Positions 14,001-27,100 of a DNA stretch of 64,000 nucleotides are shown piece after piece; the stretch's first letter is position 1, and each line of letters opens with the position of its first letter. The stretch comes from Kudoa neothunni (lineage: Eukaryota; Animalia; Cnidaria), in NCBI GenBank assembly GCA_964304625.1, contig OZ199838.1, positions 9,575,245-9,639,244 on the forward strand, in the 5' to 3' direction. The notes beneath the pieces are model-generated. The model saw only the letters and a program-made list of their open reading frames with translations. It was not told the origin of the DNA and did not search any database. Both the position numbers and the translations under genes were made by a program.

Positions 14001-14868
14001 CGACTTTGCGGGACCATTCCATTCAAGGATGTATCTGATTGTCGTCGACGCCTACACAAAGTGGCCAGAGGTCTACGAAATGAAGGACACGTCGTCGTCA
14101 ACCACGATACGAACACTACAAGACATCTTTGGTCGATTTGGCATTCCTAAGACCATCGTTTCGGACAACGGACCTCAATTCGCCTCGCTACATTTCCAAA
14201 AGTTTTGCACGAAATACGCGATCCGGCACAAGAGATCTGCTCCCTACCATCCACAATCAAATGGACTGGCGGAACGTTTCGTGAGAACGTTCAAAAATAT
14301 CATAGGGAAAGCGCCAGTAAGCAATTTGGACAGCCGGATTCAGGAACTACTGAGGTGGTATCGATGTGCCGAACATGCTACGACAAAGAAGACCCCCGCT
14401 GAATTGATGTTGGGATGGAAACCAAGGAACCCACTTGCGGCATGGATCGAGGGGATCGAACGTCCACCCATGATGACCCGAGGAAACAAATGGAAAAGAG
14501 GAGATATTGTAATCTTCAAAACTTACAACAATACATCCATTCCATGGTCACAAGGCACAATCGAAGAGGTACTTGGAAGGAACATGTATCGTATCCGAAC
14601 CCAATACGGCGAAGAACATCGACGCCACCAGGATCAGATTCGTTCAACAAGACTTCAAGAAGAGATAGCGACGTTCGAAGTACCAATCTTGGAGGATACC
14701 ATACCGAGCGAGGTCGACCCAAGAAACAATACTGAGAAGAGTACTCCAGCCGTAGAGGAGCACAATTCAGCACCACCTTTAGAGGAGACGCAGATCGAGG
14801 ACCCAGCCCCAAGACGGAGTAGCAGGATACGAAAACCACCGGAGTCCCTGTGGTTCTGGAGATATTAA
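11024..14868 (+). CDS. Gag-Pol polyprotein split into three ORFs by two +1 breaks (C5 at 11562-11566 and G4 at 12719-12722)
   Basis: Gag (FARIFQLEGENIAEFSNRLR...CEFG...LRDKLVSGL), two CCHC knuckles, protease LDSGA, RT YLDD, RNase H TDAS...EKEALA, integrase HQGH...C-x2-C, DFAGP, SDNGPQF, GLAER. Confidence 0.93.
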
Positions 14869-14885
14869 ATATCCAGGGTGAGGGG

Positions 14886-15306
14886 TGTTGAGTCATGGGA
14901 ACTTCGACTTTCTGCGTGAGAAAAGTTAAACTAGTTTTCCCATTCAAATGTTCCGTGGGAGAATAAGAGTACAAGTCGGGAAATATATGGTTGGCGGCAA
15001 TTTCGATTTCTACGGCTGACAAGTTGGTCCTATGACCCGTTTTCCCTCCAAAGATAACCAACAACAGTTCCTCCACAATTTGGTACATGGGAATACGGCG
15101 AATATGGACCACAGCAATGAACGATGACGAAATACTACTTTCCCACGGAACCCTCGCTGCACTAGTCATTTTTTCCTCACCGCATCGAATTCTGGAACTG
15201 GCGCTCCTCGCTGTATTTAAGCCATATAATTTTCCCACCTTTTCAATTCTCTCTTGTGTTCTTACTTGGATCTCTTTTTCTTTTGCGCACCTTACTGGAT
15301 CTAACA
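14886..15306 (+). repeat. 3' LTR (421 bp)
   Basis: Near-identical copy of the 5' LTR, followed by the TSD GAAAA. Confidence 0.97.
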
Positions 15307-15859
15307 GAAAATAATATTAACGCCGATTGTAACATAATAAATACAGATAGAGGATATTTCATTGCACAATTCGAATACAGCAGATGCGCGCGCTTCGCTG
15401 TTTCAATTCACACAAAGTAGGGGTTGATAATTAATAAAATTTATCTTTTGTAAGAATATCCTGTTATTATAGTAATTTCTGTGTTTTTATGATTAGTTAA
15501 CATACTTCATTTTCAATATCCTTAATTATATTCGAATTTTTTCGAACTATGCTCAATAAAATATCGCTTAAGTTTGCCAACGTAAAATTGGACAGTTTTA
15601 GAAATTAATAATTTAATTTTTGAACTCAGATGTATCTTTTATTTCATTCCCGGTGATATCGCCCGGATATTCACAAACTTCGATGTTATTACATCATTGT
15701 TCATTTCATTCATCCCAACAGAAAATTTGAATTCAAAATTTTAGCCATCTTTTTTATCTAAATTATAAGTAGCAATAGAAATATTTTTTGCGATTAAATT
15801 TCGTCTTAATAAAACAATTGATAATAGTTATTTTAGTCGTCGAATCACAAAAACTTTAT

Positions 15860-15990
15860 TTAAAAACGGTGCATCCTAAATATTAGAAGATACGGGTTCC
15901 ATCGAAGCTTTTATGGAAGGAATGAGGCGTTTTATCGTACATACTTTATAGTGGAATTTAAACGAGTATACTATGCTCTGATCTATGGGT
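15860..15990 (+). pseudogene. Possible BEL/Pao integrase fragment
   Basis: Allowing one frameshift, it reads TVHP.ILEDTGSIEAFMEGMRRFI, resembling the AVHLE..D.S...F...LRRFI motif. The match is short and degenerate. Confidence 0.35.
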
Positions 15991-16496
15991 CTGAGAGCAT
16001 TCAGGGTGTTTCTAGGAAGAAAAATGAGTGTAATATTTAATTATCCCAATTTATGTGACCGCTGGCACTGTCCAAAAACAAAAAATCATTCCTCTATTCT
16101 TTTTTAAGTGTGCCGTATTTTCTTAAACCAAACTGCGCTTGAATGCGCCAATTATATCATCCTTATTAGTTAAAATAAAACAATGTGGATAAGGATATAC
16201 ATTAAAAAGCTTTCTAACTTTTGATTTTGCCTCTGCTTTTGACTAACTGTCCAAACAATTGATTATTTTTTATTTTTCTGAAATAGATCTAACATCGTTT
16301 TGTATTTTTACTTTCAATAAATGGTTTTTACAACAATTTAATTATTAGGCAGCTAACATTTAAAAAAAACGTAATATGTTTACTCTATTGTGTATTTTGA
16401 GCAAATATTTAATAGTTCATTTTCCCTCTAATTTCTAATTTTTATATATTTTCGAAAGTTACGGACCACACGTCATCGATTGTAGTAATTATAGAT

Positions 16497-16646
16497 CAGC
16501 GCTTCCCAACTAAAACTGAACTCGCACCCCCCCTCCGCATAAGATAAGGTGTAACTGACTTAAAACTTATCAAAAATTATTTTCAATTTTTATCGGATCT
16601 CGCACCACCTGAAACCAAAGTTCGCACCCCCAGTTGGCAACCCCTG
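16497..16646. mobile_element. 150-bp hAT-type MITE
   Basis: TIRs are CAGCGCTTCCCAACT and AGTTGGCAACCCCTG. The 8-bp TSD TTATAGAT is perfect (16489-16496 and 16647-16654). Confidence 0.85.
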
Positions 16647-18330
16647 TTATAGATCCTAGAAGGCATGGCAACATTTCACCAGATATATTTAAGTTTGTTT
16701 GTTTGTTTAAACTAATCATATATGACTCACTTATCCATTCTCTCGTTAATTTGTAATATAATGAAATAGTTACCGAATTTATCATCCCGAGGTGTAGTTT
16801 TGACATTTTTCTTCGGATGATTTCAGAGACGAAAAATATAATTTGTTACACTTCAATATACGAAAGTAAGGTGTTTAACATTTAAAAATAAATTTTATTA
16901 ATTTATTTAATTTTTTATATTATTATTCCATACAATGTCTCTTTTGGAATTTTAAAGTTAGTCGAAATTTCTTATTGGCCTTTTACCTGCTCTACCCACA
17001 AGCCTAATTACAATTTACCTTCTTTTGTATGGATGGTTCGTTTGGTTTCTTATGTTTAGGAGAACGTGAAAGTTTCTTGTTTTTTATAATTAAAGTCATA
17101 TTCTGCATATTTAATTGTTTTTATAAAATAAATATACAATACAAAATTTTTTCTGGATTTGGCCTTATTGATATGACAAAAACTTAATTCGGCTGGATTA
17201 AGATAAAGGCTCTTAAATGTAATTTACGCTTAAAAGTCCAGAGTTATTTCCTTTGGGTATAATAGGAAATAGCGTCCAAAATCCAATAAAAGTTGATCTT
17301 GATGAACTTAAATTTAGTAATATTTATATTCCATAATTAGTAGAATATTTACTCCTCTTTTTTAAGTAGAATTTGATAAACGAAAGAATTAAGGTTTGCA
17401 CTAGTTATATAATTGATGATTAGAATAACTTTAAGTCTTATATTCCACTTATTTTTTCCATAAACAGGTGTTATGGTTATACAACGTGTAAATATAATTT
17501 TCGAATCACTTCATTATGATCAATAATATGGAAAAATGATTAGGATATTTTTTAAGAGAAAGGCCAATAATAATCGTGTTAGCTTGAGATTATTCAACAA
17601 ATTTAGGTGTGTTCATTTGAAACTGAAATTGTGGCAGACTAATTCCTAAGGTTTTGGAATAAAAGAAACGTGGGTTTTATCTTAAACGATAAAATTTTCA
17701 ACTTGTATTAACCTTTAAAACACAAAAAATGAGAATTATTAATCAGTCAAAAGTAAAGTAATCCGAAATCTTTACCTAAGGCGATAATACTTTAAGTACG
17801 GATTTTTACCGATTAAAAAATCTTGAAATAAAGTTTATTATTTTTCATTCCATTATATAGCGTTTAACTAGATGCAATATCTTTTAGTTATTACCTAAAG
17901 TTAAATGTTTCAACGTTGAACTATTAAGAATGGCGTGAGTTAAAATATTTTTTGGTTATTAGATTGAATGTTGTAAGCGTGAATATCAACAGTATATCAT
18001 CAAATGAAGAATTGGTTTACTTATTATTTGAAATAATAAAAAAATCTAACACCTGTTATGGATTTCACATTAGTGATAAATATATTCTAACTAAGTAGAA
18101 AATATTAGTTATTAGAATCCGAATAATATTACCCACTAAAAATGTACATTTATGATTTATTAAACTTAACATATTTCAATATTTGAGAAGGAGCAGAAAT
18201 CTTCCACAGTTTACGAATTTTAATGGTAAAATATTAAAATCAAAGAGATTGTCACTTAAGGTTTAGTTGATTGCTTAGGATAATATTGATAGGCTGGATA
18301 TAAATCACTGCTTTTTTTCAACCGAAACTC

Positions 18331-20057
18331 ATGATTTATTTTCAATTATTTAGATTATTCTTTATCATACTTTTATCGTTTGACGAAATTTCTACTGCTA
18401 CTAATGCTAAAATCGACGTATGAAACCTACTAGAAAAATATAATATAGATATAGAATATTTAGCGTATAGTTATGCATCTGAAACATGAATCAATAGTAT
18501 ATCAACTGGTTAAAACTAACGAAACTGCAATACAAAGAGCAGTTGCTGGTTTATTCGAGTGCAAGATCAACTCCAACAACACCTTTCCCATACCTAAAGA
18601 CCAAGTTTTTGACACAAATATCAATAACACTGTTTATAAGGATGTTGGAAAATGCCTTAACGAGATTCTTAACCACAGCAACGTTATTGCAGATAAGGTA
18701 TTGGTTGATGTTTTGGTCGTAATAAAAAATGAGTAATACTTATTTTTGTCGATTTTTCATTTTCACTCTTATAGCAATGTAACAGAAACAAATTATTCAC
18801 AGACTTATCGTTACAACATCACAAGGGCAAAAAATAATGTCACTATTCTTTTTGAATTGAATTTCATTTGTTTTGATCAATACCTGGCCGATAAATTTGT
18901 ATACGACGATGTCAAATATCATAGCGAAATAACTACCAGTTGCAACAGCCAAGGCAAATGTAATACCGTATTTGAAGGGGGCGAACCATATCATGGATTT
19001 GTCTATTTGGATGATAACTATTATAAGTTTATGCTGAGTTGTCTTCAAAGATGCAAAAATGATCGAAAATATATTTTTGTCGAACCCGAAATTGATTGGG
19101 AAGATGATTCATCTTCAGTATTTTATTGGTCATCTAATTTTGGTTACAATTCTATGGATAATCGAATTGCCAAATCAGAATTGTTGATTAAAGCAGTAGA
19201 TAATCGAATACTTGTATATGATAAGTCAATTTTTTTTATAAGGGAAATGAACTAAAAAATTTTGTTGATGGTCACGAGAAGATCAACCAAACAATTGGCT
19301 ATTCAAACTTGACCTCCATATTTGACAAAAGTTTAAATAGCTCAAACCCGAATTCGATCCCTGCCAACCTACTGGAGTCATTAAAATCTACTCAAAAAGT
19401 TTACGAAGGCGGAAGAATCTTGGTATTCTTATTTTATAGTAATCAGAAATATAATTAATTAAAAATGCATAGGTTATAAATACGTTTGAAAATTCGGCTA
19501 TAAAATGGGGTATGTCATTGGATGATCTGATGAATCATTTAGAAAAGCGATGTTTATTCCCAAACGAAAATGATATTGATGTAAAAAATTTCACTGATAT
19601 AATTATAAGTAATAATTCATTTAGTACTGCAAAAAGAATATTTACCTGTTGGTTTTACTCAATAAAACTATGCCGATATCAAAGTTTTTCTATTTTCCTT
19701 TTATATCAAAGGTGCAAATATAAAAACTCAACAAATTTTTAATCAATACCATTATAAAAATTTATTCAGGTTCCAAAAAGTCTTTTACTGAATGGATACA
19801 TTAATAATCAAGAACTGCCAGCAAAAAATATAACTCAAATAATGGAGCAAAATCAATATATATTTAAAGATAACGAGTTTAATTACAGCCAAGAACCTAA
19901 TATGGGCCACAACCCATGGAGAATCTTTATGAATGGGTGTTTGATTTTAGGGTCAATTATTTTGTTGGCCCTTACTATTCTTATCTTGATGATGATATCA
20001 ATAATCAAAACCGTCTTCTTAAAATCTAAAACTATAGATTCCGTTAAAGATTTGTGA
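18331..20057 (+). CDS. Orphan type-I membrane glycoprotein (signal peptide, N-glycosylated ectodomain, C-terminal TM helix, 16-aa tail)
   Basis: Signal-like start MIYFQLFRLFFIILLSFDEISTA. Introns 18418-18463 and 18733-18774 join the ORFs in frame. More than 10 N-x-S/T sequons. TM segment GCLILGSIILLALTILILMMISII. Two 1-nt corrections are needed (T8 at about 19230-19237 and near 19690). Confidence 0.65.
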
Positions 20058-20584
20058 AACCCCTTCTTGCGAATCTAAATTGATATAACTATAACATTTT
20101 TATTTATGTCAATTCCATTTTTTTTCTTATTTAAATGACTGTTATCTTCTTCGACAGTAAAACTTCATTTCATGAATAGTTTCGTTTATATTTAACGTCA
20201 GCATGCGATATAAATTAAATCATTGGTATTACATACCGCGAAAAGTGGACAGAGCCTCTTAATTAATTTAAACGCCAATAAATCTTTCAAAAGTAGACTT
20301 ATGATGTTCTACCTAGTACACATACTAAATAAAGTGTATTAATCTATTTTTTAAAAATACGCCATCATTTTAGAATTCTTTCTTATATATTTAACTCATT
20401 CACTATTAACCCTCGGAAGACCGAACTCGAAAAACTTACGCGTGTACCGAAGGGATAAAAAATTTGTTTTATGTGGTCATTATTTAATTTAACATAAACG
20501 TAACCACCCAAAACGTAGAAATATTCAGCCAACTAGGAAAGAATACAAGAAATTCGTAGCCATCACTTTTAAGAAAAAAGCGGG

Positions 20585-23356
20585 GGTAATAGGGTAGGAT
20601 GCGGCACCTAAAAAACATCTTTCTGCGCATCGTTTTTTTCGCCGATTCCTTCACGAATGTTCATAATAAAATTAAAGAATACCGAGAGGAAGTATTCAGA
20701 TAATTATGGTAACATCTAATTTTGGTGCCAAATCCCGAATACAACATCGTCGGAATACGTGAAATCTTCGTTAAGTATCCAATAACCAATGAAGGCCAAC
20801 CTTATTGTGCACACATTAACTTTTACATTTATCATACTCCTTAATAACATTTGTTTTAATGAAATATTTGATTTAAATAACAAAATATAAAATATTTAAG
20901 CGAGTAGTTTATCAAATTTGTCGCGCGCTAGAGAAACTGAGTTCTTTGAGTTTTAAATAATGATGGTGATTTTTTTATTTATTAATAATCCCATTAAATT
21001 GTTTAATATTCTTGTAGAAAAATAATATCTGCTTCTTCTTCATTTTAGGTGTAACAATTGTTACAAATTCAATTGTTTTCCCCTCACCAAGAGGAATTTG
21101 AACGTCCAAAGGCCAATACCTAAAATTAAATCTCATGAAAGGAAGGATATGGATTATTCATTCAGTTATTATTTTAAAAAGTAATTATTTTATACCTAAA
21201 TACGAGTCTCGAAATTCTAAAATGTAAAACTAGAGTATCTCCACGAAGTGGAACTTTCTTTTCAAGTTTGAATTTGTTTCATCCCTCCCCAAACATAACG
21301 GTGAATAAAATATATAAAATTATTTACAATTGGAGGATGGATAAAACTAGTTTATCTGTCTCCGAAAATATTAATTTGATCACAAAAACAGCGGGGGTAT
21401 GGTTTAAAAAAATAAGAAATATTTGCGCTTCTAATTTTCTTCTGCGAAAACCATCTGGTGGCATAGGGTTTGTTATTGAGATTGATGAGACGCTTCTTCG
21501 CGGGAAGCACAAAAATAATCGAGGCCGTTATTTAAAGGAAGATTTTCGGAAGACAGCCCAAACCAAAGAATTTAATAAAGAATTAATGTTAAATTTTATA
21601 TAATATAATGTTAAACCAACCGGTAAAATAGTAAAACACCTTAGAAATATAAAAAAACATCTTTATTTCTAAATTTTCCTCAAAAATTAAATACATTATA
21701 GCACCCAAGGCTTAAAATATAATCGTTAGTTTTATAAAAATGAAAAAAGATTGAACATCAAATTTAAAGACCATATATATTTGAAAAATGAAGTGAAGAG
21801 TAATATATGTTTAACACTACATTACTAAAATCCTATGTATGTTGCTTCTTTCATTTTGTATAATTAACTTTTGTTAAGAGTGTTTCTTCAAAAATTAATT
21901 GTCAACAGATTTTTTTGGACAGATACCGAATGCAATGAAGATTGAAGATTCATTGTATTGTCGCTATAAAAATTTCATGATAAAAGTTTTTTGATAAAAT
22001 ATATATAACTTTTTTTATAATTCAAATAAATTAACCATAAAAATATATAAACTACAAAAAGCGATAATTTATTATAACTTTCTCATAAAAGGTTCATAAT
22101 CGGTATACCAAAAATGTCGGCTAAAGTTTACAACATCCCCAACAGTCGGGGGTTTTCGCTTCCGAGGTCACACGACTCCCAAAAAACCACGAATGCTTCC
22201 CGCTGTTTATTCAACTAATAATTTAAATGAACTTAACTTTGAAGAAATAACATATTTCAAAGATAGGAAGGATGAAATGTTGAAATTTTTAATTGAAATT
22301 GGACTTTTGCCTAGAGAGAGTATGCATTTGTGGATGTAGAATGGTTAAGGCGATTCGATCACGATATCCAGATGGATACAGTTTCAGATGTCATAATCGT
22401 GGTTGCCTAAAAGAACTACCCATCAGATATAATAGTTCCTTTTACCAATCGAAACTCTCATTATATCAAATTTTAAAAATTATATATATCTGGTACAATG
22501 AGATGCAGAGCCAACGTATCCTCATGAAAGAATGCAGATTAGAGTCTACTAGGATGGCATGCGACTGGAAAAATTTCATGCGGGACTTATGTCTGAGTTA
22601 TTATATCATGAACCCCACTAAAATAGGCGGCCCTGGAATAAAAGTGCAAACTCAGAGTATATGGATTGTCGGAGATGTCGATGAAAATGGAGAGGTTTTC
22701 ATGGTTCAATAATACACACTGATGGATGGCCAAGCTACGAAAACTTAGAAAATATTGGTTATCAGCATGATGTAGTGATTCATAAGTATGAATTTGTGAG
22801 TGCCACTGGTGTTCACACTAACAGAATTGAAAGTTTGTGGGGAGCTTTTAAACGTAAGTATAGGAGTATAACAAACAAGAAAGAGATGATTTCATCCTAT
22901 ATTTCTGAGTGGTGTTTTAAGAAAAAGCACAAAAATAAAATATTTTCTGAATTAATAAATTTAATAAAATTAGTTTATAATTTTGAAAATTAAAATGTAC
23001 AGTTTTCAGTCTTTATGTTTTGCGCGGCGCTTCGTTGATTCCCGGGAACGAAGAATCCCGAGTGTTGGGGATGTGGTAAACTTTAGCCAAAATGTTATTA
23101 AGGAGTATGATAAATGTAAAAGTTAATGTGTGCGCAATAAGGTTGGTCTTCATTGGTTATTGGATACTTAACGAAGATTTCACGTGTTCCGACGATGTTG
23201 TATTCGGGATTTGGCACCAAAATTAGATGTTACCATAATTATCTGAATACTTCCTCTCGGTATTCTTTAATTTTATTATGAACATTCGTGAAGGAGTCGG
23301 CGAAAAAACGACGCGCAGAAGGGTGTTTTTTAGGTCCCTCATCCTACCCTATTACC
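20585..23356 (+). mobile_element. Merlin (IS1016/IS1595-like) element with about 265-bp TIRs, defective
   Basis: Highly similar inverted repeats at 20585-~20852 and ~23090-23356 begin GGTAATAGGGTAGGATG. An internal transposase fragment at 21268-21603 reads GGIGFVIEIDETLLRGKHKNNRGR. The TSD is weak (5/8). Confidence 0.8.
22119..23088 (+). mobile_element. Second Merlin element nested in the first, with an internally deleted transposase
   Basis: TIRs are GGCTAAAGTTTAC[A/C]ACATCCCCAACA. The 8-bp TSD reads AAAATGTC/AAAATGTT. Protein pieces: CICG..M...DGYSFRC...IGGPGIKVQ (IDE segment missing), HTDGWPSY, GVHTNRIESLW, YISEWCF. Confidence 0.88.
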
Positions 23357-24109
23357 AACGTGAGAATAAACAAGAAATTCCACAAAATATGGGTTATTAT
23401 CGTATAAAGCTATTAATTAATTATTGGAAAACTCAAAGGTGATTTTCAAGTGAATGTGTCATCTGAGTTTTACAACAGACAAACCGCCACAACAAAGATA
23501 CCCGAAAGTTTTCGTTAATCTCAATTTGCGATCCAGGTATTAAAGGTAGGAATATTTGCTTCCCTTTGAACAACTACCTTTTCTATTATAATTTTTATTC
23601 TATGGTAAAAATAATGGCTGGCGAAAAAAAGAAAAACCTGGTTGGAACAAAATTAAATATTAATCGACCTAAACTTTGAAATTTAATGTACATTCGAACC
23701 TGGATATTGCGTAACTTCACAAGTTACTTGAAATATAAGGGATATTTTAAATTTGTTACTTTAACTTTTCTAGTATATTATTTAAATTAATGTTAACTGA
23801 GCAAACAAAGATTAAATGTTTTTCTAAAGATGTATAAATTTAAAATAGCCCGCAAAAATTAAAATCCCGCTATTGCGTATCATTTCGTTTGGTTTACTCC
23901 GCAGTTAATCCTCTTTTTGAATCAATCGAAACAAAAACGATAACGAATCAGCGAACAGTGGCTGAAAAAATGAAATAATCGAATACTATAATTCGATTAA
24001 ATCACCCAAAGGAGAAAAATGAATGACTTTTAAATTTCACAAGCCATTTTATAATATAAAATTATCTAATTCCAGATTACCAATATATTTGCATACATTC
24101 TACTGTTAA

Positions 24110-27100
24110 CCCTTAATAGGTGACCTTCTGGTCCACCCCGATTAATTTCTATCCTTTAGTGGATTATATTTTAAGCTGTATTTGTTTACTTTAATATATT
24201 AAAATGTGATAAAAATACGCTATACATACAAGAAAATTTATTTTCGGGAGCATTCAAAACATGTTTATGTTTTTACTGAATATTTGCTGGATATAGCGTT
24301 GTTACATGCATGACACATTTGTTTGCTCCGCCTTATGGTGCGTGTAGGCATAAACTACACCGTTTACAGGTATTTATATTTCTGAAACCAGTGAAAGATT
24401 TGCTGTTCTCTGTAAATTTAAATCCAAATGCTTCAAGAGCATTCATGACATCCGATCCTTTGGTCTTCAGCCCTTCCCTTCTTATTCTTCTAAGCGCGAT
24501 TAGAGATTCTTCCGAACCCATAAACTCAGGCGGAGTGGTATATTCGTCGAAACTCTCATCATTCATTGGCATGGTTTACGGAGGTTGAGTATCAGGTTCG
24601 AGTGACCTTTGATTTTCTTCTTCCTTCGGTTTGAAGGCTGTGCTTGCCCAATTATTTTTATTTTCATGGATATGATTTGGCAAAATCTTCCTTAGCTGAT
24701 CGATGTGTTTCTTCCATATTAATCCATAATCTGTCTTTACCGAATAGAGTACCTTTCCCATTCTCTTTATTATTGTTCCTGATGTCCATTTAGATGATTT
24801 AGAGATTCTTGAATCGAGAACAGCTACGCGAGTTCCCACATTGAATTGGCAAGTTCCTAATTTGGTGTCGTAACCATGGTTACTACAGGTTTCATCAGCT
24901 ATCGCGTCAATAATTGTTCTCGGCCTAAATGACAGTATCCGTGACACCGGAGTACAACCTATTACAGCGTGTGGTGTGTTACGATAAGTGAATAAGAATT
25001 GATTAACTTTTTTATGTCACTCACTTCTTTCTTGCCGATGGCATTTTTGAAGGACTGAACAAATCTTTCAGCTAATCCATTGCTAGAAGGATGATAAGGA
25101 GCTATTCGAATGTGGCGAGTGCCGTTATTGGTAACAAACGTATTCATCTCCTTTGACACGAATCGGGGTCCATTATCCGTCACGCTTACCTTAGGTATAC
25201 CCAGTCTAGAGAAGATCGTCCTTAGTTGTCCTACCGTTTCCTCGCCACTACATTTATTCACCTTGATTATCTCTGGTCCCCTTGAAAAGGCGTCGACCAT
25301 AATTAACCACGTAGCTCCATGAAATGGACCAGCGAAATCCAAATGAACACGTTCCGTTGGAGCTTTATTAGGTGCCTTTGTTTTTTGTGTGATGCAGAAA
25401 TCACAGGATTTAACCATTGTTTCAATGTCCCTATCTATCCCTGACCACCAGACATTCATCCTTGCTAGGGCCTTTATCTTTGCTATACCCAAGTGACGTA
25501 TGTGCGATAGCTTCAATACCCTTCCTCTTAGCTTCCCTGGGATCAACATTCTCTCTCCATAGAAAATCAGATCACTAAACTTTGAAAGGGACTCAAGATG
25601 TGGTAGGTACTCTTTTAGTATTTTCTTCAATCTTTCGGTGAGTTTATTCGACGGGCGTATCATCACTTGCGTTAATGCTACGATTTGGTCATCCAATTCG
25701 TATCCCTTCCTTAGGTCCATTCCATGGATCATAGAATTATCAATAATGTTGACGAATTGTTTGTTATCTTCGTCCGTTTTATGGACAATATCACAATCGA
25801 AACTAGTTACATACACATTCCATCTTAATCGACGTGGTGACATTTCGGTACATTTGTTATTTTTGCTGAATAAATAAGACAATGGTTTGTGGTCGGTGAA
25901 TACTATGAAATGACGACCCTCCAAGAATTGCTGAAATTCCTTGATGCTTGACACTACTGCCAACGCTTCTTTGTCAATCACCGAATAATTCGTTTCAGTA
26001 GCCGAAAGAGATCTCGAGAAGAACGCTGTTGGTTTCTCATTTCCATCTTCAACTTGTGAGATAATATTCCTCCTATTTCAACGTCAGATGCGTCAGTGGC
26101 AAGTATCAACGGACGGTCGCTATTGTTCCTCTTCCCATTTGAACTCGGTGTTTTTCGATAATAATTTGGTCGGTGGGAAGATAATATTCGCCATATTTGG
26201 CACAAACATGCGATAATAATTGAACAATCCACATGCTGACCTGAGCTCGCTGACATTCTTCGGATAAGGCATTTCGACCAACGCGTTTAACTTGGATGGG
26301 GCATTTTTTATTCCATATTTGTCTACAATTATTCCACAAAATTCGACCGAGCTTTTGATGAACTTGCACTTTTGCAAATTCAACTTCATTCCATACTTCT
26401 CAAATCTCTCCAAAGCCATCGTTAAATTAGCAATAGTTAAATTAGCAATATGCTCATTATAATCACTTCCAGTAATAATGTCATCAAGGTAGCAACTTGT
26501 ACCGGATACGCTCTGTAAGATAATATCCATGGTGTTCTGCCAGATTGCTGGAGCAGCATTTATTCCAAAAGCTAATCTCATATCTTCTCAGACCCACATG
26601 TGTGTTTATGGTGAACAATTCTCTATAATACTCGTTAATTTCCATTTGGTTATAAGCTCGATCCAGATCCAGTGTAGTAAATAAGACTCCACCATTCAGA
26701 GATTGGATGATTTCGTCGATGCGTGGCAGCGGGTATTCATACCTATCAATTATCAGATTGACTGTCGTAGAAAAATCACCACAAATCCGCATTTGTCCAC
26801 TTTTCTTCGTGACTGCTACAATGGGACTAGTCCATTTACTGTATTCCACTTTTTCTATAATACCTTTCTCTTCCAGGTGCTGTAACTCTCGCTCCACTAA
26901 GGCTTTCTTATGTAAGGATAGCGGCCTTGCTTTCATAAATTTAGGATTAACGTTACTTTTAAGTTTGAATTCAGCTAGAATATCTTTAACGATTCCCAAT
27001 ATCCCGTCGAACAAACCTTTGTGTTTGTTGAGTAGTTCTCTCAGTACGTTCCCATGCGAATTTACACATATTGCTTGCTCAATGCGCAGTACTTGGTTTC

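Larger units (their letters stand above)
10567..15306 (+). mobile_element. Full-length Ty3/Gypsy (Mag-like) LTR retrotransposon, very recent insertion
   Basis: LTRs 10567-10986 and 14886-15306 have TG...CA ends. The 5-bp TSD is GAAAA on both sides. PBS TGGCGACGAGGA and a purine tract (AGGGTGAGGGG) are present. Domain order is gag-PR-RT-RNaseH-IN. Confidence 0.97.
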
